Shown here: one piece after another, positions 23,001 through 31,147 of the stretch | Position numbering within the stretch: position 1 is the stretch's first letter | Layout of the letters: every line of letters begins with the position of its first letter | NCBI GenBank assembly: GCA_043228905.1 | Contig: JBHGNT010000007.1 | Span: 17,174,001-17,238,000 of the forward strand | Direction of reading: 5' to 3' | Source of the DNA: Azolla caroliniana | Taxonomy: Eukaryota; Plantae; Polypodiophyta | Length of the DNA: 64,000 bases | Position numbers and translations under genes: made by a program | Notes under the pieces: generated by a model | What the model saw: only the letters and a program-made list of their open reading frames with translations | The model's database searches: none | Told to the model about the DNA's origin: nothing

Positions 23001-25344
23001 CGTATCGCTTTCAGCTCCTTGCCGGATTCCCTTTCCACTCTCGCGTGGAGTTCTTTGAAGACGCACAACACTTGGTCCTTTGTCTTCATCGGTGCCGTCC
23101 ACAGTTTTCGGCTATGATCATCGATGAATGTTACGAAGTACTGGGCTCCGCCATGTGACTTCGTTTCTACCTGACACACGTCAGTGTGCACCAACTCCAA
23201 TGGTGCGCTACGTCTCGTCGGTGGCTTTGAGTGGAAGGAGCTTCGGTTCTGTTTACCGGCCAGGCAATCGGTGCACTTCTCCAGGTGCACATGCTTCACT
23301 GGGATAAGGTTGTCTTCTGCAAGCCTCTTCATCCCCTTCTCACTCATGTGGCACAGTCTCTTGTGCCACAGCTCACCGGCAGTGTCGGCTGCCACATTCA
23401 GCTCTTCCGGACATAACCAGGCATTCATCAGGTACAGTGTGTTGACTTTCCGGGCCCGAGCCACTATCAGGCTCCCCTTGCTGAATTTCATTACGCCGTT
23501 CCGGATGCTACCTGTGTAGCCTTCATCGTCTAGCCTCCCGGCCGAAATCAGGTTCAATCGAACCTCCGGAACGTGTCGGACATCCTTCAGCAGCATTTTG
23601 CATCCGGTCGGGGTTGTCAACCACACGTCTCCTATGCCGGAAATCCGGCACGTACCTTCATTTCCCATCCGAACACAGCCATGCTCACCGGCTGTGTAGG
23701 ATGAGAAGTATCTTCTCTCCGGGGTCAGGTGGAACGATGCTCCGGAATCGACCACCCAGGTCGTCTCATCGCCGGCAACGTTTAGCTCACCTTCTTCGGT
23801 GATGAGCATGATTTCTTCCTCACTTGCCGCGAGTGCCGTTGTTCCTTTCCGGTCCTGCCCTCGCCGATCCGAACCTCTCCGGTCCGTGGCTCCCCGGTAT
23901 GCACCGTTTCTCTCCGGTGACTTCTTCGAATCGGTGTCGTCGGCTCCGTTGTCTTTTCGGTAATGCCGACAATTCTTTCGAAAGTGCCCGGGCTTCCCAC
24001 AGTGGAAGCATGTGGGCCTTCCTCTTGATTGCGACCGGGTCCCCGACTTCTCCCGTCTTTGCGGACTCCGGTTCCATTGCCTTCCCCGATCCGATTCGGT
24101 AAGCAGCGCCTTCGAGTCGGAGGCCGGTTCTTTATCTCTCCGACGCGCTTCTTCGTTCAAAATACTTGTCTTTACCGTTTGCAAGGACAAGTTATCTTCT
24201 GTGCAGGAGGTGCTGAGAGTCACCACCAAGTTCTCCCAGCTTTCCGGCAATGTACACATCAGGATGATGGCTTGCATTGCATCCTCCAACGGGAACTTGA
24301 TCGCCGCAAGCTGATTCACGAATCCCATGAACGTGCTTACGTGTTCCACCATACTCTCGCCGTCCCGGTACTTGAGATTCACTATCTTCCTCATCAGGGA
24401 GGTCCGGTTCAACGCATTCTTCCTCTCGTAGAGGCCCGACAGCTTCTTCCACATCTCATATGCGTTGGTGTCGTTTGCCACATGTTGTAGGACGCTTACA
24501 TCGACATATTGTCGGATCGTCGCTACGGCTTTCCGGTTCAGGAGCTTCCACTCCGACTCAAGTACCCCTTTCGGTATTTCCGACCTGTCAATCGGTTCGT
24601 ACAGGTCCCGAACAATCAGAAGATCCTCCATCTTGATCTTCCAGTCGGCGTAATTCTGTGCATTCAGCACCATCATCCCCGGCTGCCCGCTGCCGCCGCC
24701 TTCCATTTTCTGCAGCAGTCGCTCTGATACCAGTTTGTTGAGAATCGATGCTTCGATTCACCTTCTTCGCCCGGCCACAACCGAGTAATCGCGGATCAAT
24801 GCAGCAGAAAATGGAAACCAAAAGAGAGAAACACACGAGTACACAGGGATTAACGTGGAAAACCCTAGATGGGAAAAACCACGGGAGTACAAGACTCCAA
24901 ACAACACTATACAAGAGAAGTATACAATGACGAGCTCCAAGGCGACGACCTTGAGCTCGCTGTCCTCGCCACAGGCGGCGGAAATACACAGAGGCGTCGT
25001 CCTCTTCCTCTCTCGCGCTCTATCTCTCACTCTGTCTCACGGCTGCTCCCTCTTCACTCCTCTTGAGTGGAAAAACAGAAAAATGATAAGCAACAACAAA
25101 ACAGATTGCCCTAAGTCATATTTATACATATATGACTTTGGGGCTATTTACAACTATAGCCTCAGGGGCCCATAGCAGACATATTCACGGATATGTCCCT
25201 GCATCCGGATCGCTCTCCGGGTACATTCGTCATCCGGCACCGAAGCCGGGGTCTTCGTCATCCGGATCCGAAACCGGAACCGGGCTTGTCGGCATTCATC
25301 TCCGACATCCGACCATCCCATCCGAAGGGACCGTAATCCCAACA
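20014..25344 (-). mobile_element. Intact, young Ty1/Copia LTR retrotransposon (Tnt1/Tork-like)
   Basis: 609-bp LTRs at 24736-25344 (5') and 20014-20622 (3'), with no differences seen by eye. TSD TATAC (20009-20013, 25345-25349). Met-i PBS at 24721-24732. PPT at 20625-20634. Confidence 0.98.
20633..24706 (-). CDS. Copia gag-pol polyprotein, 1357 aa (Gag, protease, integrase, RT, RNase H)
   Basis: Uninterrupted ORF with CFHCGKPGHFRKNC, WVVDSGAS, WHKRLCH, HTDVC...RADNGGEY...NGLAERMN, QMDVKTAFLHG, LLYVDDML and FTDSD...TEAEY...CDSQSA. Confidence 0.98.
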   Translation of the reverse strand: MEGGGSGQPGMMVLNAQNYADWKIKMEDLLIVRDLYEPIDRSEIPKGVLESEWKLLNRKAVATIRQYVDVSVLQHVANDTNAYEMWKKLSGLYERKNALNRTSLMRKIVNLKYRDGESMVEHVSTFMGFVNQLAAIKFPLEDAMQAIILMCTLPESWENLVVTLSTSCTEDNLSLQTVKTSILNEEARRRDKEPASDSKALLTESDRGRQWNRSPQRREKSGTRSQSRGRPTCFHCGKPGHFRKNCRHYRKDNGADDTDSKKSPERNGAYRGATDRRGSDRRGQDRKGTTALAASEEEIMLITEEGELNVAGDETTWVVDSGASFHLTPERRYFSSYTAGEHGCVRMGNEGTCRISGIGDVWLTTPTGCKMLLKDVRHVPEVRLNLISAGRLDDEGYTGSIRNGVMKFSKGSLIVARARKVNTLYLMNAWLCPEELNVAADTAGELWHKRLCHMSEKGMKRLAEDNLIPVKHVHLEKCTDCLAGKQNRSSFHSKPPTRRSAPLELVHTDVCQVETKSHGGAQYFVTFIDDHSRKLWTAPMKTKDQVLCVFKELHARVERESGKELKAIRADNGGEYRGQFQEYCRSKGIRLEFTVPKTPELNGLAERMNRTIMERVRSMLAHAKLPKGFWAEAMSTATYVINRSPSVPLDGDTPQKVWTGMEVSYRHLKVFGCLAYVHVAKDRRGKLDPKTRPCIFLGYGDDEFGYRVWDPVDKKIFRSRDIIFMEDKTLADWESEKKVNSSKSTGEDQLYKEQSRPARDRLALEDPAEDGEETEPAEEDENDTGTGLDPEMDSDEEESEEPVTEAPERRYPLRERRAPRRFPEPEHVLLTDEGEPESFEEAKHDTQSRRWLSAMQDEMDSLHENHTYELVELPKGKRALRNKWVFKLKPGDAGNPPRYKARIVVKGFQQKKGVDFDEIFAPVVKMTSIRTVLSIAASMDLEVEQMDVKTAFLHGDLDEEIYMQQPEGFEKKGKEHLVCRLKKSLYGLKQAPRQWYRKFDSFMTDEGYLKTQSDHCMFVKKFEGGDFLVLLLYVDDMLIVGRDQVKIRMLKKALHRTFSMKDLGPARQILGMHIIRDRSKKQLWLSQEKYVTKVLHRFNMSEARPVGSTLPANCKLSSKQSPKTKAEKEDMMKVPYASAVGSLMYAMVCTRPDIGYAVGVVSRYMSNPGKEHWNAAKWILRYLRGTANVCLRFGSGKPELDGFTDSDMSADADTSRSTSGYVMTYAGGAVSWQSRLQKTVALSTTEAEYMAAVEAGKEIIWMKNFIRELGIRQEEYRLYCDSQSAIHLAKNAAYHSRTKHIQRRYHWIRERIEDKEFVLTKIHTDENGSDMLTKVLTPDKLEACRKRIGLERHPMPK

Positions 25345-25409
25345 TATACTTTGTAGTAAGTTAGTCATGGTGGTGTTTTTTTCTTTCGTAATGAAAGCCA
25401 TTATTTATG

Positions 25410-25442
<33 letters not shown>

Positions 25443-26005
25443 CTATTCACTCTTCTTCTTCTGATTTTGATTCTGATTTTGACCTGTGGCTATGGCTATG
25501 CCTTTGGCTCTACTTCTAGCTATAGAGAAGAAAGCACGGAGCGAGGGGGAGAGAGACTATTCACTCTTTTTCTTCTTTTGTTGCTTCTGATTCTGACCTA
25601 TGCCTATGCCTATGCCTTTGGCTCTGCTTCTAGTTATGGAGAAGAAACACACGAAGAAGAAACAGAGCAAAGAGAGGAAAGCACGCAAAGAGAGGGAAAC
25701 AGAGACAGAGACAAAGAGAGATTAAAAAATTCCCTCCCCCCACATTTTACTTTTTTTAACATTTTAACAATTTTCTTTTTCTTTTTCGTTTCTTGTAATG
25801 ATATTATATGAAATAGTGATGAGGCTAGTTGGGCGACTACTGCCAAGGTTGGGCGACTTCTGATAGTTTTTTTTGGTGCGCGTTCTTTCTTATCCAAATC
25901 CGATGGTGCAGATCGCACACGCCTTCCTCTGAGCGACCTGCACTGTCTATGGCCGAGATTCCCTTGCCAACCCTCTTTATGATTTGTGTCATAATAGACA
26001 CGTCG
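25443..26005. mobile_element. MULE right end: one tandem-repeat unit plus TIR
   Basis: Direct paralog of 4620-5071, with a complete TIR at 25845-26005, followed by the same GTTTTGTGTGA.AAA(TACA)n flank. Confidence 0.8.
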
Positions 26006-26445
26006 TGTTTTGTGTGACAAATACATACATACATACATACATGATACATGCATGCATGCATGCATGCATGCATCGTGGTGTCTAACTACCACCAAATATT
26101 TATGAGGGCAAGTGAGGGAATTGCGGAGAAGGACGGTGCAAGTCGCTAGATGAGGGTGCGTGCGATCTGCACCGTCCAATCTGGATGAAGAAAAAGCGCG
26201 CCATCAAAAGTCCAATTTTTGGGGAGCCCGACTCTATGAATGGGATTGAGTATAAAAACCCATACCTGTCATTTTTGCCCATTTACAAACAGGTAGCTAG
26301 AGGTTTAGGGTTTAGGGTTTAGGAGCGAGGCACACCACCTGTTGTCCAGAGGTATGTATCATATTTCTTGTCTATTTATGAATTGCTTAATATTTGTGTG
26401 TTCAATTTGTGAAAGCTCAGAAATCTCATCCTATTTACTGAACAC

Positions 26446-27786
26446 TTAGATAGGGCCATTGTAGTCCACTATTGCACACTTAACAAGATGCAAACACTGG
26501 TTCTCTTGTTTAGTTCTATGAAGATTCTTCACAGAATTTGCAACTGAAAAATACCCTGTTTTAGCATTCCCAGTGTTGTCTTCATCGTGATCTAGATGCT
26601 TTCGCCCATATTCGGCTATAAGATTGACCAATTTCCCATTGCTACCATGGTCCTAACCTTGAGCTAGAAGATTCTCATAAACTTCTACAACAAGATCCCC
26701 ATGCTTTGCATTCCTATAATGGTTTCGACCTTGACTGCACGCATCATTCCCACCAAAGTCATGATCTTGATCTCCAAATTTCACATTCTGACCAAGGTCA
26801 TGATTATGATCTCCAGACTTGGCTCTCTGCTCAAGGTCAATATCTTGATCAACAAATTTGGAATTTCTACTAAGATCGTGTTCCCGACCACCACCAAGTT
26901 TTGCCGAAAGGATCCAAACTCTGGCAAGGGTGGGAGAGTATAAAACCATCACATTGACTGAGGCCGAAATACCTATAAAGCTTCCATGTGGTATATCAAG
27001 GAAACGAGCCACTAAAAAGATATTAGATTTTGAACAAGAATTTCCTCCTGTACGATCTTCTTCTAATGAAACTGAAGTCTGTATCAATTGAAACTCGTTG
27101 CATTTCCATCCCACCACATCTGTTCCTGGTCCACCTTTTGCCAGCTTTGCAACAAGAAACACTAGTTCATCAGTGTCTAAACCCGTGTTTCTTCCATTGC
27201 TCATGGATCCACATCCATCCATGGAATCACAGTGCTTCTTCTTCTCCTCCTTGTCAAATGGCTTTCTTTCATGAAAAAGCTTATTATTCTGCTCAAAGAG
27301 CTTTGTATGTTCCTCAAAAGCATTTCTTCTTTCTTCCCAAACCTTCTTCTTCTCATCAAAGGGATATCTTTCCTCACAAAGCTTCTTCTTCTCCTCTTCC
27401 AAATGCCTTCTTTGCTCAGAGGGCTTCTTCTCCTCTTCAAATTTCCTTATTTTTGAATCATTTAACAACTTCCTTTCCTCATAAACCGTCTTCTCTTCCT
27501 CAAAATTCCTCGTTTTCACAGCATTTGGGACATTTCTAGACTTAGATCTGGCGGATGATTTTCCCGAGGAAGAAGACGAAGATATGGTGTTGCTCTTAGA
27601 GTTATTTCTCTCTCGAAGGTGAAGAAAGCAGAAATCAGAGCAAAGAGGAGGGATGATGAAAGGAGAAGGAGAAAGAGAAGACTTACCAGAGACAGGGGAA
27701 GAGAAGAGAAGACATGAAGAATCGGCCAAAAGGAAGGCAAAACTCTGAGATGGAACAATTTCATCATGATGAAATTGTTCTCTCAC
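26446..27786 (-). pseudogene. Truncated fragment of a conserved uncharacterised plant gene inside MULE C
   Basis: 377-aa ORF, an in-frame stop at 26653, then the same frame continues to 26446. Motifs SFAFLLADSSCLLFSS..IIPP..FLHL, LDIPHG..I.ISASVN.MVLYS....VWILSAK and LVKCAIVDYNGPI resemble the N-terminal half of the family I recall as PTHR37383/Os01g0694200 (unverified). Confidence 0.6.
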
Positions 27787-28243
27787 ATAATCTGAAGCGT
27801 TTAGATTGTCCGTAAAATATGATGATGAGCTTCTCTATGAGCATGGCATAGTCATGTAATTGTTGTCTTACATAGTTTGAAGTATGATAGGTTAAGTGTT
27901 TAAGTTGTCCACTAAAGCAACCACAATGAGCTTCTCTATGGGCATAGCATAATCACGGTCCTAAAGCCCCTTTATAAATTCTAGTTGTCTGTACATTTGG
28001 TTGCATTCTTAATTTGAAAAGCTTAACAATTGGAAGCAATGAAAGTGATGTGACTATTATCCTTATAAATGAAGGGGTCAATGTTTTGGATCAATTTGAT
28101 TTATAAAAACCATTCAAGTTAGTTTCGGATGTCTTATAAAGTAAGATTGATACAATTAGTAGTAATTCTAAGTTATTTTTAGATGTTCAAATATGATCGT
28201 AGATCCATTGGTGGTTTTTGAAGATGGCATGTGTTTTGTACAG

Positions 28244-30311
28244 ATGGCTAGTCGGTCCAAGACCTTCATAGACTTTGATGCGGATTGGGGTGAAACAATA
28301 CCCTGTGAAGGGAGGTATGGCCTCAATCATTTCTCAAGTATATATTGTGTATAAATAGTGATGTTTGTGTGCTAACTTGAATGATGGTTTAGGGTTTTTG
28401 TAAGAAAGGGTGCTAGGTGCCCCAAATCCAACGATATGGATGCTGAAAACATCATTACTGAAGACTCGAACATGGATATGAACCCCATACATGACGTGGG
28501 GCCAGGTGTTGAAGATATTAGTGTAAATGGTGAGTTGATGTACATTCTTATAATCATTATTGAAGTAAGTATATATTGGGTTTTTCTAATGCAAATGTCA
28601 CACCATTGTTGTAGTGGACCCTATGTCCCTCTTCAAGGCGGGAAGAGACTCGACAGGTATCAAATGTCGCACATGTATCGTTGGAGATTCATGTAGAAAA
28701 GAGGTACGATGGTTTCACAAAAAAGCTGACATGGAGGCTCACTTACAGAAGGCACATGGCATCCATGTACCCTCCGTGTAGTACTGCCTCGGGGGCTAAA
28801 GATAGAAGAAGAAGAGCATTCGACCTCCATGAGGAGTACAACCACATCATTCTTCAGCCACTACGAAAGACAACGATCAATAAAGCGTTTTTTGGATCCG
28901 GAGCTAAAGTACAACAGATCACGCCAATCACACATGAGGAAGTTGAGGACAAGAGCGATTAAGATCTTCAAAGCCACACCGGACGCACTTCGAATATCCA
29001 AGGAGGCCGATTTCATTGCCCAATTCATCAGCCAAGAGATGGCTAGGTATGACAAGGGAAAGGAGCATAGGATGGCAAAATTGAAGTTGAAGATTGTGGT
29101 TGTGTCTGAAGCTTATGTAAGTATGGTTTATGATTATGTGTGCATCTTATGTGAGTCTAAATCTAGTGTGTGCATCTTATGTGAGTCTAAATCTAGTGTG
29201 TGAATCTTATGTATGAATTTTAGTGTAAGAATCATGGAATTCCCATGCCAGAAGATGAGACACATGTCGAGATCGATGGTGGTCAAGAAGAATTGTCAAA
29301 ATCGACAACCCAACAACCAAGGAGGCCGAAAATCCAAATCCGCAAGAAAAAAGTGGACCCTGGTAAATTGTCGTTCATTACATCATCTGACACAGATGAG
29401 GGTGCAGACATTGGGATTGTCTTTGTTGGTCATGGGACAATCAAGAAAACATGGGATAACACAACAACAAATAAGTTCACTAGGTATGCCGTTATGGCGG
29501 GGGCATGAGATCAATAGTTAACTTCATGTTTTTTTGTAGTTCCTAATCTGGCCTAATAAACAGGTTTCAGGTGGTTTGTCGACGATTAGATCTAGCGGTC
29601 TTTTTGACGGAGGTAGAACTATGTTCGTTGTGCACTGTAGGGGAGATGGCATCCACATGTATGATGACCCTCTTCCACTTATGGATGGAGTACTCGTTGC
29701 CCCCCAAAATCAACAAAGCGGTTTCATATTGTGGATCCACTATGGGTACAACTAGAAGGCCAAAGTGATAAGGGTGAAGACATACTCACTTAGGTCCTTG
29801 AACGGGAATATGTCTTCATTCCGATATTGCACTCAAGGCATTGGGTGCTTTGGTTGAAGATGCAACAGACTCCTATAGGTCTTGATGCCAAGGTGAGGAG
29901 CCCAATTGTTTTTTGTGATCCACTAAATAATCATCCGACTACCGGCATGAAGACATTGGGTGATTTGGTTGAACAACATATCTCTAGCGCCACACACGAC
30001 CATTGCATCATCAAAAACGAGCGGTTCTAGGTATTGCATATCCCAACCCAACCTAATGGGATGGATTGTGGGTATTATGTGATGCAAACCATTCAAATGT
30101 TGGTCGAGGAGTTCATTCAAGGATTTGAGTCCGATCAATTTGTAAGTATTTATGAGAATTGAATTTGAGCATTTCTTTTTGTAAGGGCTTAGGTTGATGG
30201 CATCTTGTGGTGTAGGGTAAGGAGCAATGGCTTGGATTCAAAGATGTGGATCTCGATCGGAAAATCATGGCAAAATGGACACGAAGGACTCTGGGCATAT
30301 GGTTATTTTAA
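28244..30311 (+). pseudogene. Multi-exon MULE accessory gene ending in a Ulp1-like (peptidase C48) domain
   Basis: One frame gives RHWVLW (His 29839), IVFCDPLN and, after a TAG at 30028, IPTQPNGMDCGYYVMQ (Cys 30067): the H-D-Q-C order of Ulp1 proteases. GT-AG intron candidates at ~28315, ~28530, ~29117, ~29484 and ~30142. Confidence 0.7.
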
Positions 30312-30624
30312 TCACTAGCATGTTGTACTTTGTAACATCAAACATATGATCTCGATTTACTATCTCATGCGGATTGCCAACTTTTTGTAATATCTGGTAA
30401 ATAGTTGAATCTCATTTTGGTTGTATATGACTCAATTTGATGTACATTCTTGTTGTGAGTCTTATTATTTGAATCTCATTCTGGTTGTATATGACTCAAT
30501 TTGAATCTCATTCTAAATAGTGTGTGACTCAATGTGAATCTTATTCAAAAGCGATGTACAATAATGCAATACTAGTAATAATGGAGAAGGTAGACAAAGC
30601 AATGTACAAAATTTTTTGGTGTAG

Positions 30625-30786
30625 GGAGCCCGACTGATTAACGAGGAGCCCGACTCGTTATAAAAGAGGGAGCCCGACTGATTAACGAGGAGCCCGACCC
30701 GTTATAAAAGAGGGAGCCCGACTAATTAATGAGGATCCCGACTCATTTCAAAAAGGGAACCCGACTGATTAATGAGGAGCCCGACT
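30625..30786. repeat. Eight copies of GGAGCCCGACT in a 44-bp higher-order repeat (20/24-bp spacing)
   Basis: Copies start at 30625, 30645, 30669, 30689, 30713, 30733, 30756 and 30776; a ninth is at 26223, next to the TIR. Confidence 0.9.
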
Positions 30787-31147
30787 CATTAATAGTTAAT
30801 TGCCCAACTACGTGTAATGATGGCGTTTCAACGATCATACTAACAACTATAGCAAATTGATTCATCAAATTCAGTAGCATGAACTAAGAGGTAGACTCAT
30901 TCACTAAGGATTGAACTCATTCCCTTAACAGTCTATTAATCACTCGCACTCATTTCATTCACTCTCATTCTCGATCATTCACTAATAGCCCTAAACATTC
31001 TCGAACTAAATCATTCAAGAAGAGTTGAAATAATCCACTCCATTCATGTGAATTATTTGAATTCATTCACTTCATTCATTTGCATAATCTCTCACATTCA
31101 TTTAATTGACCTCAATCACTGGCATTCTCGATCATATTGTATTTGCT

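Larger units (their letters stand above)
10757..25418 (+). mobile_element. Degenerate L1-clade LINE, interrupted by two Copia elements and flanked by (GA)n
   Basis: ORF1 and ORF2 remnants, a 3' UTR split by the 20014-25344 Copia, A9 tail at 25410-25418, (GA)17 at 10723-10756 and (GA)12 at 25419-25442. Confidence 0.8.
5127..26005. mobile_element. Putative large non-autonomous MULE (element B, same family as A) inflated by nested insertions
   Basis: Left TIR at 5127-5290 is inverted relative to 25845-26005. The right end (25443-26005) has the same repeat, AAAAATTCCCTCCCC block and TIR organisation as the right end of A. No matching TSD was found, so pairing of these two ends is inferred. Confidence 0.5.

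Noticed and set aside
20648-24727. Many overlapping antisense ORFs over the intact Copia
   Set aside because: Expected shadow ORFs of a GC-rich coding strand; no motifs.
26304-26323. (TTTAGGG)3 as an interstitial telomere or healing site
   Set aside because: Too short; equally consistent with a common telo-box in a promoter or 5' UTR.
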